Both the position numbers and the translations under genes were made by a program. From Eledone cirrhosa (taxonomy: Eukaryota): a stretch of 64,000 nt of DNA. Shown here piece after piece: positions 50,392 to 63,634 of this stretch. The stretch is taken from the NCBI GenBank assembly GCA_964016885.1, contig OZ024755.1, positions 33,790,001 to 33,854,000 of the forward strand, in the 5' to 3' direction. Under the pieces are notes generated by a model. That model was not told the DNA's origin. It saw only the letters and a list, made by a program, of their open reading frames with translations, and made no database searches. Numbering within the stretch: the stretch's first letter is position 1; each line of letters starts with the position of its first letter.

Positions 50392-51478
50392 TCATCATCT
50401 TCATCATCATCGTTTAACGTCCATATTCCACGCTTGCATGGGTTTGGCTTGCTCACATAGGACTGTCTGGCTGGTTTTCTACAGCTGGATGCCCTTCCTA
50501 ACACTAACCACATTTACAGTGTGGAACTGGGAGGTTTTTACCGTGTTACCTACACGGCCACATTACAGCGTGGACTGTGTGTTTTTTTGTCGTGACACCT
50601 ACACGACCTCATTTGTTTCGGGCTGGATGTTGTGACACCAACATAACTTTACATTGAAAGGGGTGGTGTGGATGGGGTGGGGGTAGTGTGACGGGGGTGT
50701 ATTTTGTTAGAGGTGCCTACTGACTGTAGCAGGTTTCACTTTGTACTTAGGTAAGGCGGGTCTTCTCTATTACTGTATAGTGCCAAAGCTCTCGGTCCAG
50801 TGACATTGTCTTGGAGAGGTGTAAGTGTGTGAGGTCGGAATTTATCAAGTCGTCCCATATTTTTCTGGGTCTGCCTACTCCGTGGCTACCGTCTATTTTT
50901 ATTGCCCTGCACTTTTTTATACATCTGTTGTTTTTCATGCGCATCACGTGACCATACCAACGTAGTCTTCTCTCAAGTAAACAACATCTGATCCCTCTTA
51001 TTTCTAATTTCTCCCTTAGTTCGTTTATGCTTTGTCGTTCACGTATATTACTATTACACATCCAGCGTAGCATGCAAGCTTCGTTTCTCTCCAGTCTGCG
51101 TATATCCTCTGCACACAATGCCCAGGTCTCACTGCCATGTAACATTGCTGTTCGTACGCAGGCATCATACAGCCTGCCTTTCATTTTTAGAGAGAACCCT
51201 TTAGCGGCCAATAGTGGTATAAGCTCTTTGAACTTTTTCCATCCCGTTCTGACTCTAGCTACTGTACTTTCAGAGCACCCTCCCCCACTGTTGATTTTAT
51301 CACCCAGGTAACGGAAGCTGTCCACTATTTCTATAGAACCATCTGTGCAATGGAATGAGTTAGTATTCTGTGGGCACTTGCTACTTATTGCACCAGAGCA
51401 CCGGCCACATATAAAACCTATATTCTTAGTTAGCTTACCTGTGATCCCACTACATCTGTTATGTACCCATACTTTGCT
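50392..51478 (-). mobile_element. 5'-truncated RTE LINE: ORF2 C-terminal part (stop at 50747) plus ~350-nt 3'UTR
   Basis: [73 protein letters not shown]; UTR with 48-bp unit, V-like motif and (GAT)n tail. Confidence 0.95.
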
Positions 51479-51577
51479 ATATATATATATATATCATAGG
51501 TTGAGTTATAAACTCAAAATAGTCTTTTACAATTAAATAGCTCAAAGAAGAGGAAACTTTCCGAGCCGTGTAATATA

Positions 51578-51632
<55 letters not shown>

Positions 51633-51849
51633 TCAAAGCATGAAGCCATGCTGGGACACTGCCATTCTATAAATATTTTCATGGAAATTGTTCTGATGAT
51701 GTTCCCTATCTATTTGTTGTATCATCTTCACAAGTTTAAACAAAGTAGCAGATTTTCAGCTACGTCTCATCTCTTTACAGCTGAAGTTCCTATATGTAAT
51801 TCCATTCTATCTCCCTAAAGTTGGTCTTAAGCCAGAAAGCTCATCAGAC

Positions 51850-52280
51850 CAGTGCTTATCTTGGACGCCACTCCATCACAGGATTAAACCCCCAGTTATA
51901 GCTGGTAATCATTTTCAGTTGAGTATACGATTTTTGTTTGTTTCAGTTGCTGAATATAATCAGGGGTCGCTGCTTCTCCTGAAGGTCAATAGTTCTCTTC
52001 TAACTCGAGTGGAAGTGCCTTTCCATTGTCAATTTGTATTGATCATCTGCAAAGCCGCATTCTTCTCTGAACCACTACACCAGTCTTTCGGTGCGTGCAG
52101 CTGGAACTACTGCCACCCATTGATTTGGCAGGATTTAAATTTTTTTTTTTTAGTGTACAAAAGCAATGTGAAATGAAGTGTTTTGCTCAAGAACGCTACA
52201 CACAACCCAGCCCAGCAATCGAGCCCACAAAATTATGGTCATAAGCCCAACACCCTTACCACTAGGCCACATACCTCCAC
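51850..52280 (-). mobile_element. Older SINE family C copy split by an unidentified ~220-bp insert (~51928-52151)
   Basis: Family C sequence stops at 'gagtatac' and resumes at 'agtgtac'. Confidence 0.75.
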
Positions 52281-54033
52281 ATAATGTAATTGCAAATTCT
52301 ATTCTGCTAGTTTCTTCCCTTACACATCTCGCTTATGGAAATCTCTTCTGGCTTGTTGCTTTCTTGACCACTACAATTTACAGAGATGATGATAATGATG
52401 TATGATACATCATTATAATCATCTCTCCTTCAATTATTCTCTCTCTGTCTTGTTCTGTCTCTTCTCAGTAACCCCTTGTATTTTAGTAGCTTTATTGCCT
52501 TGCTTGGAGGGAGGAAAAACAAACAAACAAAATCCACAGTTTTGCATTTCTTAGTCTGAAGAAGTAGAATAGTTCTTAATATCTTTTCAGAAATATCTTG
52601 AGTGATGGATTTTGTTGAGATAACAAGTAATGTTAGTTTGAAAAGAGGAAAATGGAATTCAGTATTTTCAAATGAGTTCAGTACTGGGGAAGGAAGTTTG
52701 TGAAATATGGTTAGTACAAGTAATTGAGCGGCGAGAGAAATTGGAATTATAAGAAAGAAGAGTTTGATATATTAAGAAAGTTTAGTTAGGGGTAGATATT
52801 CAACAAGTTGAGAACATCAGTGTATAAATATGTATGCTGTCAGAGAATGGATAATGGTTGTAGACTAGAAATGACTCAAGGCTTGGAATATTGAGTCATT
52901 GAATTATCATTTTCATAGCTAAAATTGAGAATAATTTAATATACATAGTGGATGCATTCTCCAGATGCATAACCTATATTTAGGTTTTGCTAAGCTTTAG
53001 CAGCAAGTCAAACATGTCGTCCATATTTTGTCAGAAAGAGAAAACAATTTTGTGATGGATTACTGTCAAAATCATGTGTGTTTGTGTCTGTGGAAATTGT
53101 CAGAGATTATTAAGCCTAGTATTTGTGATAATTTGAATACTGTCAATCACCAGGAGGTATGTAGTGGTGTGGGTTGACACTTCTGAAATATATTTTATGT
53201 AAGTTACACGAGCTACATCCCTACATTATATAAGTCAGCATTAGTCATCATCAATACTGTCAATATTATAAAGAATGACAGAGAATTCTGTTATTCACTA
53301 TGAGGCTAAATGACACGTCTACATTATAAAAGTGAATATTATCCTTATCCAACCATTTTAAAGTTACTAAACATCCAATGAAATACAGGAACACACTATT
53401 GTATCAATAACTGAGACATAAAAACAGACCTATAATAGATTAATGATAAGCACCATTAGATTCCTCAGAAGTCAGAGCTATGTTACATTTCTCTCTTCAA
53501 CACAGTAATAATTAAGCTATTTTAATGAGTCAATAAGTCCAATCTTTTACCTATATGTGGTAAAAACAGAGATGTTGTTAAGAAATGATGCATCCTTTCT
53601 GTTTCGTGATTGGAATACATATATAAAGATATGTTATAAACACACATATGAGGAAAAAAAAAGAAAGATTAGAAAAAAAACCCCCCAGAAATAAACAACA
53701 AAAATAAAGACAAAAAGTGATAAAATACATATATATATATATATATGTATATATAAAAGAAAGAAAGGTTGTAAAAATAACATTTCAATCTTCTGTTGCC
53801 AGTACATTCAGTGGATGATAATAACTTCGTGAATATTCATAAGCTGATGTTTTAGACACTGACTCCTTATATATATTCCTAATATCACAATATATGTATG
53901 TGTGTGTGTGTGTGTGCGCGCGCACATGTAGATGTGCATGCATGTGTGTATTCTTATATATATAAAATAAAGATACATACACTCATACATACACACACAC
54001 ATATAACATATATATATACATACATACATATAA

Positions 54034-54078
<45 letters not shown>

Positions 54079-54121
54079 CATATATGTATATATATATGTA
54101 TATATATATATATATATATAT

Positions 54122-54189
<68 letters not shown>

Positions 54190-57100
54190 GTATAAATTAC
54201 AGAATAATCAAAACTATGTTAAAAGGATTTTATTGCTGACAATCGTTTCTTCAAAACATTCGCTTGGATTCATCAGAGCATTGGCAAAGTTTAAACATAT
54301 AATTAACCTCCTATTCCACAGGACAATCGTAAAGATATGTAGATATTACTGTTGTTATCAGTAGTGTCATATTTAGAGTGTGAAATTATAGAAGTATTAT
54401 GAAAGGAAGTTACTCACAAAATGAGGACATTAGTGGTACATAGGCATACATATAGAAGGAGTGCAGAGGTATTAGGCATGTACAGAATAATAAGGTAAAA
54501 GAACAAGCAATGGTATTAAGCATGTATAACAGAATATTGGGAAAGATATCACATAATATAGGTGTAATAGTATATTAAGCAGTGAGGAATGCAGGGGTAG
54601 GAAAAGCAGTTTCTATGTGAGTTTATGGTGGATGTAATGTGATAATTGTCCTGGTAGTGTTCAAATGTGTTGTGAGTATTAATATCAAGGTTTTTCTTTC
54701 CATTACATTGGTTATATTTTAAAAAATTTTTATCAGTAGATACAACTATGGATTGTATATTGCCCTTATTATAGTCATATTACGGGTTAGAGTTCTTCTG
54801 GAGTGATGTGTCTAACGGTTTAATTTCAAGAAGTGATTAGAGATCTTCACTAAAGGGAGCTAATGGGAAAAGGGAGGTAATTGTAGATTAATTTGTGTAT
54901 AATAGAAAAATATATAATCTAGTGTTAGTTGTTTATAACTCCAATTAGCTAAATTCCTTGTGTTAATATACAATATATTATAAGTGAATCCTTATACAAT
55001 GCTATTTATTTTTATATTTAATTATTTAAATTTATATACAATCTGTTTTCTATATAATACTTTAAAGGTCCCAATTTACTACTACCTATCTAAATATTAA
55101 TTAAATAAATGAAATATTAGTAAGGAAGATATTGTAGTTGTATTAAGTGGTGGTAAATATGTTTATTCTTAATAGTTATTATTGAGTATAGGATCTGAGA
55201 TAAACAGGAGATAAGTGAATGAATGAGCTGATGAAAAAATGTGATGTTGTGGGGGTATTATATGCTGATAAAGCCTAGAGGTAAATAAAGTGATAACAGT
55301 GATGAGGAATTCAGATCTGACATTGTTATATATCAGCAGCTAGGTTTGAAATTGTGGAAAGAGTGTCGGTGGTAGTGATGGCACGTGGAAAAAATTTCTG
55401 ATATTTTATTTAAAAGGTTTAGTTTAGAATAGATTATAGTGCGAGTCTCTAGAAGACAGAGGTTACAAAATCTATTCGGTGGTTTATACGAGATGGCCCT
55501 ATCTATTACCTCCCATTGTAGTGTATATGGTCTATTCCTAGTTTCCAGAGAGTGTATGTAGGTAGATAAAGAAGTGGAGTTAGCTAGATTAGAGTTTTTG
55601 AAAGTGTGAAGATGTGAGTTATATCTCGTCTTGAAGCAGTTTGAAGTAGAACCAATATATGTTTTCGAAGTGTTATTTCTATTGACTGTGCTGGAGTATA
55701 TGATGTCTTTGATTAAGCAGTTTTTCCTAAGGGACAAGTTCTATTTGTTCTACAATTACAGTTAATTTGGTTGTTTACTTGCTGGCTAATAGGGTGTGTA
55801 GGTTCATGGTTGTTAGGGAGAACATGAGGATATTGTTGATTATAATTCCCATTGCTATTAATTTCATTAGTGCTATTACTATTATTGTTACTAGAATTCT
55901 CCGGTACTATGTTGTTATGTAAATTCACCCCGTGTTGTGATTTATTTAATTGGAAATAATTATTAATCTTCCTTTTATTACTACTAGTTATATGGTTCGC
56001 GATGTTAGGTGTGGTAGAGTAAGAGATTTTAATGGTATTTTCATTGATAAGATTATGGCATCTATGGCCGACTGGGAAGTTATTTTCTAAGATTGAGAAG
56101 AAAGCCTTGGGCAAGTTGCTGGAAACATTTAAATTGAAAGGGGGATTGAAACATGTATTAGTTCTTCTATTTTTGTGATTAATTTTTGTAATGTTAGTTG
56201 TAGTATTGTTCATATTTCTGTTTATATTATTATTATTAGAATGTATATTTTGGTGCGAGTTAACTTTGTTATTACCTATTCATACTAAAGTTAGAGTGAC
56301 CAGCTCCTTTATTACTTTTAATTTTATTCATGGCCATATTATGTGAAATAATGTTATAACTAGGTGATTTTTTTAGGTAAAAATTTTATTTTATTTTTAT
56401 GGCCTGAGCAAGCTAAAGCTTCATTATAGCATTGGGAATTTCTGTTAAATATAGTTTCATTATAAGATAGAGTGGAAATTCTATTAGATACTCCTTTAGT
56501 AATCGAGTTTAATATAGATTGAGGGTGGTTAGAGTTGGAAGGTACATAAAGTAGTTTTACGTCTAGTTTATGAAAGCGTGTATATATTTTAGAGTCCAGG
56601 CAAAGGGTAGTATCAAGGAAGTTAACGTTTTTAGTGTTTCTATCTAAGGTAATACTTAAGTTGAAGTTTTTAAATATTTTATGCAATTGTTTTCTAGTTC
56701 TTTCTATCTTAAATTTTTTATAATCAATAAGTAGTAGTGAGTCATCGCGGTATAAACCACCATTGAGGTAGGGCAGATTCTTATGAATTTTATTTAAGAG
56801 ATATAGACCCACCAAATCTGTGACCTGCGCCGAGTCACTAGATCCCATAGTTTTGTCAAAGTTGTTAGGTGTATCCTTGCGGGTTCATAATTCATCTTCA
56901 AATACAATTATGGTTTTACGGGCCACAAGGATGACATCAATTTGGGATCTAGTAAGGTCACTATTATTCATAGCCATTATTAATGCCTTGTTTAATAGGA
57001 TAGGAGAAATAGAGGTGTAGTAAGAATTAATATCAGATTGTATACATTTTTTGTTTTTATTCTCATTAATATTATTGAACCATTCAATAACTTCACCAGT

Positions 57101-57290
57101 ATTTCCTCATAGGTCAAGATATATTTTATGCTTAAATTGGGGGATGATTCTGTCTAATATTTTTTTGATGATAATTCCAATGTCAGATTTGGGAGGGCAA
57201 ATTAGTCTTCTAGAAGGGTTACTATTAAAGAGTTCCTTATGGTCCTTCAGAGAGAATCTTGGGGTGTAAGGTTGCGTATGTCTCTGAAGT
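54190..57290 (-). mobile_element. Penelope-like retroelement (RT + C-terminal GIY-YIG endonuclease), 5'-truncated, frameshifted
   Basis: ORF pieces: [21 protein letters not shown]; MGSSDSAQVTDLVGLYLL..GLYRDD..VNFLDTTL..SNHPQSI; FNPPFNLNV..IKISYSTTPN..CNCR..CP; IIYSSTV..YIGSTSNCFKTRYNSH..CNLCLLE..LLNKISE..CHH. Both ends abut (TA)-rich tracts. Confidence 0.93.
54234..54280 (-). ncRNA. Minimal type I hammerhead at the 3' end of the Penelope-like element
   Basis: Minus strand: tgct-CTGATGA-atccaagc(gaat)gttttgaa-GAAAC-gatt-GTC-agca; intact core and GUC triplet, imperfect stem II. Confidence 0.8.
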
Positions 57291-57292
57291 CC

Positions 57293-57421
57293 TATATACA
57301 TATATATACATACATATATAGATACATACCTATACACATATATATACAAACATATATATACATACATACCTATACACATATATATACAAACATATATATA
57401 TATACATACATATATACAAAT

Positions 57422-57454
<33 letters not shown>

Positions 57455-57472
57455 CATACATATATACATACA

Positions 57473-57506
<34 letters not shown>

Positions 57507-60412
57507 TACATACATGCATATAGACATATATACAAACATACATATATACATACATACATACCTATACACACACATATATACAAACATATATATATATATA
57601 TACATATATACAAATATACATACATACATATACATACCTATATATATATATACATATATACATACATACATATACATACCTATATATATATATATATACA
57701 TACATACCTATACACATGTATATATACAAACATATATATATATACATACATATATACAAATATACATACATACATACTCATACACACACACACAACCACC
57801 CTCACACAACCACACACATTCACACACAACCACACACCATCACACACCACCACACACAACCACACACCACCACACACCACCACACACAACCACACATCTA
57901 CACAATACCATACATCTACACACATCCTCACACAACCACACACAACCACACACCACCACACACATCTACACACCACCACACACAACCACACATCTACACA
58001 CCACCATACGTCTACACACACATCCTCACACAACCACACACCACCACACACATCTACACACCACCACACACAACCACACACCACTACACACCACCACACA
58101 CCACCACACACAACCACACATCTACACACCACCATACATCTACACACCACCACACACCACCACAACCACCATACATCTACACACCACCACACACAACCAC
58201 ACATCTACACACCACCACACACAACCACACACCACCACACACCACCACACACAATCACACACCACCATACACCACCATACACCACCACACACCACCACAC
58301 ACAACCACACACCACCACACACCGCCACACATCTACACACCACATACATCTACACACCACACACCACCACAAACCACACACCACCACACACAACCACACA
58401 CCACCACACAACCACAGACCACCACACAACCACACACCACCACCACACACAACCACACACCACCACACATCTACACACCACCACACACAACCATACATCT
58501 ACACACCACCACACACCACCACACACCACCATACACCACCACACACAATCACACACCACCATACACCACCATACACCACCATACACCACCATATACCACC
58601 ACACACCACCACACACCACCACACACAACCACACACCACCACACACCACCACACATCTACACAATACCATACATCTACACACATCCTCACACAACCACAC
58701 ACCACCACACACATCTACACACCACCACACACAACCACACATCTACACACCACCATACGTCTACACACACATCCTCACACAACCACACACAACCACACAC
58801 CACCACACACATCTACACACCACCACACACAACCACACACCACTACACACCACCACACACCACCACACACAACCACACATCTACACACCACCATACGTCT
58901 ACACACACATCCTCACACAACCACACACAACCACACACCACCACACACATCTACACACCACCACACACAACCACACACCACTACACACCACCACACACCA
59001 CCACACACAACCACACATCTACACACCACCATACATCTACACACCACCACACACCACCACAACCACCATACATCTACACACCACCACACACAACCACACA
59101 TCTACACACCACCACACACCACCACACACAATCACACACCACCATACACCACCATACACCACCACACACCACCACACACAACCACACACCGCCACACATC
59201 TACACACCACACACCACCACAAACCACACACCACCACACACAACCACACACCACCACACAACACCACACAACCACACACCACCACCACACATCTACACAC
59301 CACCACACATCTACACACCACCACACACAACCACACCACCACACACCACCACACACCACCACACACAATCACACACCACCATACACCACCATACACCACC
59401 ATATACCACCACACACCACCACACACCGCCACACATCTACACACCACCACACATCTACACACCACCACAAACCACACACCACCACACACAACCACACACC
59501 ACCAGTCAACCACACACCACCACACCACCACACACACCACCACACACCACCACACACTACCACACCACCACACACACCACCACACCACCACACACCACCA
59601 CACCAGACACCACTACACACCACCACACACCACCACACACACCACCACACCACCACACACCACCACACACCACTACACCACCACACACCACCACACACCA
59701 CCACACACTACCACACCACCACACACACCACCACACCAGACACCACTACACACCACCACACACACCACCACACCACCACACCACCACACATCTACACACC
59801 ACCACACACCACCACACCACCACACACACCACACACCACCACACAACCACACACCACCACACACAACCACACATCTACACACCACCACACCACCACCACA
59901 CACCACCACACACAACCACACCCATCCACAGCCATCCTCACACAACCACACACCACCACACCACCACACACACCACTACACCACCACACACCACTACACA
60001 CCACCACACCACCACACACTACCACACCACCACACACCACCACACCACCACACAGCACCACCACACCACCACACCACCACACACAACCACACCACCACCA
60101 ACACCACCACACACCACCACACACCACACACCACCACACACCACACCACCACCACACCACCACACACCACCACACCACCACACCACCACCACACACCACC
60201 ACACACCACCACACACAACCACACACCACCACACACAACCACACACCACCAACACACAACCACACACCACCAACACACCACCACACACCACCAACACCAA
60301 CACACACCACCAACACCAACACACACCACCACACACCACGACACCACCACCACACCACCACCACACACCACCACACCACCACCACCACCACACCACCACA
60401 CCACCACCACAT
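57293..60412. repeat. (TA/CA) microsatellite followed by ~2.6 kb CAC/CA low-complexity array
   Basis: Direct reading; His/Thr/Pro and V/W/C ORFs in multiple frames. Confidence 0.95.
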
Positions 60413-60579
60413 ACATTAACACTGGTTTACATGAATCCTTCTTTGATATTTACAGTCAATATTTCCTTGATCGGAGCATAAAATATAAGTTTAAAATGTT
60501 GGCCACGAGGATTGTTTATTATCGCATATATTATCACATCATTGCTTCTATGTTGTTGTTGTGGTTGTTGTTGTTTGGT

Positions 60580-61790
60580 TGATGGTGGTGGGTGACAGTG
60601 ATGGTGAGGATGTGGATAATTGATGAGGATGATGTTGATGATGATGATGGTGGTGGTGATGATGGTGGTGATGGTGGTTGTGATGGTGGTTGTGATGGTG
60701 GTGGTGGTGGTGGTGGTAATGGTGGTGGTGGTGGTGGTGATGATGATGGTGATGGTGGTGGTGATGATGGTGATGGTGGTGGTGATGATGATGGTGATGA
60801 TGATGGTGGTGGTGGTGGTGGTGGTGGTGGTGGTGATGGTGGTGATGATGATGATGGTGATGATGGTGGTGGTGGTGATGGTGGTGGTGGTGGTGATGAT
60901 GATGGTGATGGTGGTGGTGATGATGATGATGGTGGTGATGATGGTGGTGGTGGTGGTGGTGGTGGTGATGGTGGTGATGATGATGATGGTGATGATGGTG
61001 GTGGTGGTGATGGTGGTGGTGGTGATGGTGGTGATGGTGATGGTTGTGGTGGTGGTGATGATGATGGTGGTGATGATGGTGGTGGTGGTGGTGGTGGTGG
61101 TGGTGATAGTGATGGTGGTGATGATGATAATGATGATGATGGTGGTGATGATGATGATGGTGGTGGTGGTGGTGGTGGTGGTGGTGGTGGTGGTGGTGGT
61201 GATGATGATGGTGATGATGGTGGTGATGGTGGTGGTGGTGGTGATGGTGGTGATGATGATGATGACGACGATGATATAATGATGGTGATGATGGTGATGA
61301 TGAGGATGTTGATAATGACTAGGATGATGATGGTGGTGATGATGATGGTGATGATGATGATGGTGATGATGGTGATAATGAGGAAGATGATAATGATGAC
61401 GGTGATGATGATGGTAATGATGGCGACGATGGTGATGATGATAATGATGATGGCAATGATGATGATGATGATGATGATGAGGATGTTGATAATGGCGATG
61501 ATGGTGGTGATGATGATGATGACGATGATGATGCTGATGATGATGTTGATAACGATGATGATGATGATGTTTATGATGAGGATGATGAAGCGGATGACAT
61601 GACGCTCATGAAGATGATCACGATCCTCATCATGATCATCATCATGATCGTGATCATGATGATGCTGTTGACGATGATGATGACGACCATGATGATGATA
61701 ATGATGATGATGTTTATGATGCAGAAAAAGAAGAAGAAGAAGATGATGAAAATCATCACCATCATCATCATCCTCATCATAAACATCATC
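60580..61790. repeat. (GGT)/(GAT) trinucleotide array
   Basis: Direct reading. Confidence 0.95.
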
Positions 61791-62736
61791 AATATATATA
61801 TTTATTTATTATTCTCTTTTAGGAGAAATTGTGAAAGGATACATGTGTTTTTATTGTCACAAGAATTAAACGAAAGCAAATAAATAGAAAAAAATAAAAA
61901 GACAAAAAAAACCAGATCAGAAAACTAAGATAAACAAAAAAAAAAAAAATAAAAACTGGTAAAGGATGGAAAGAAACTTGACAATCAATTTAAAGATAAA
62001 AAATAAATTGAGTGAAATAAAAAAAAAAATCCTTAACCAAAATCTCTTGTATCTTCTGCGTTGTTCAATAAAATCCAAAAAAGAAACAGAAACAGAAAAA
62101 AAAAAAAAAAAAATAAAGACATGGTTTCATAGCTTGTAAGTGTTGCTGGTGTTTTGCTGAATCTCACTATAAATTTTTTGAAAAATCTTTCCCCTAATTG
62201 ACATTAATGATAATGTTTGAATAAAGTCTAATGGAGTAGGGTAGTGGCTATTTGAAGTAGGGATATAGTGAGGTAGGAAATGCTAAAAACATGATCTGTA
62301 TCTGTAGGAGTAAATGTAGAGGTTGACAAAAAAAATATTATGTAAGCGTCACAAAATATAGAAGAATCTGATAAAATGGAATGGAATGGAAAAATCAGAG
62401 AGGAATCATGAAGCCAACCTTATAAAAATAAATGTATGTCAGTGTGTATGTATGTATGTATGTGTGTATGTATGTGTGAGTGTGTATGTATGTGTGTCGC
62501 ACATATATATGTATGTGTGTGTGAGTGTGTATGTGTGTCGCACATATATATGTATGCGTGTGTGTATATATATTTATATATATATATGTGTGTGTATGTA
62601 TGTATGTATATATAAATTTATGTATGTATGTATGTATATATATATATGTGTAAATGTATGTGTATGTATATATATATATGTGTGTGTATGAATGTATATA
62701 TAAATATATGTATGTATGTATGTATATATTTATGTG

Positions 62737-62780
<44 letters not shown>

Positions 62781-63035
62781 TAAATGTATATACATATATA
62801 TATAGATCAAACTGAGGATCTGAATAAAGTGAAATATTTGTTCTCACTATGGTGAACTAACTGTTGTGGAACTACTTCTATATATAATATATATACATAT
62901 ATATATCTTTTTTTTTCTGCTATATATTGTGGTTACCTCCGATTGAACCGGGAATAACTTACACACATATATATATATATATATAATATATATATAATAT
63001 ATATATATTATATATATATATATATTATATAGGGT

Positions 63036-63075
63036 GTCTGTGGTTTTTCTCACAGATGTGAGAAAAACCACAGAC
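63036..63075. repeat. Perfect 19-bp inverted repeat (2-nt loop)
   Basis: gtctgtggtttttctcaca-ga-tgtgagaaaaaccacagac. Confidence 0.95.
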
Positions 63076-63090
63076 CATCCATCTCAACTC

Positions 63091-63130
63091 TACTTTTGAA
63101 AAGCAGAAGAACTGCGAAACCGGTAAAGGA
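63091..63130 (+). ncRNA. Degenerate minimal type I hammerhead motif
   Basis: tactt-TTGAAAA-gcag(aagaa)ctgc-GAAAC-cg-GTA-aagga; core differs from CTGAAGA at two positions; palindromic accggt. Confidence 0.6.
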
Positions 63131-63219
63131 ACCAAATAAATATATATATTTTTTAAAAAAATAAGACTCCAGTTGCATTTTCGATTTCATCTTTTTTTCT
63201 TTATACTTTCACTCATGTA

Positions 63220-63261
<42 letters not shown>

Positions 63262-63264
<3 letters not shown>

Positions 63265-63387
63265 AACCAGTAAGACCCTGACAGCTGAGCTCAAGCCGTT
63301 TCGACGGCTAATTCTGGACTAAACTGTTTTTAGTCCAGAATTAGCCGTCGAAACGGCTTGAGCTCAGCTGTCAGGGTCTTACTGGTT

Positions 63388-63429
<42 letters not shown>

Positions 63430-63555
63430 AACCAGTAAGACCCTGACAGCTGAGCTCAAGCCGTTTCGACGGCTAATTCTGGACTAAACTGTTTTTAGTC
63501 CAGAATTAGCCGTCGAAACGGCTTGAGCTCAGCTGTCGGGGTCTTACTGGTTCCT
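63262..63555. repeat. Two tandem 129-bp palindromes (62-bp arms, loop ctgtt) separated by (TA)n
   Basis: 63262-63390 is perfect; 63427-63555 has one mismatch (63538); period 165. Confidence 0.97.
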
Positions 63556-63634
63556 ATTACCCACTCTACTACCTCAAGTATTGAGTACTTTGGTGCGTTA
63601 TGGTCCACCTGGTTCCTTACCACATTTCCTTCGT

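Noticed and set aside
51495-51580. Hammerhead-like remnant between TA tracts ('aagaagaggaaactttccgag')
   Set aside because: Only a stem II-like hairpin remains; both core boxes are too degenerate to call.
57781-61300. Giant fold-back between the CAC-rich and GGT-rich arrays
   Set aside because: Complementarity is only compositional; the two arrays have different periodicities.
61800-62250. 3'UTR/polyadenylation region of a minus-strand gene
   Set aside because: AATAAA and T-rich tracts are expected by chance at this AT content; no upstream exon was identified.
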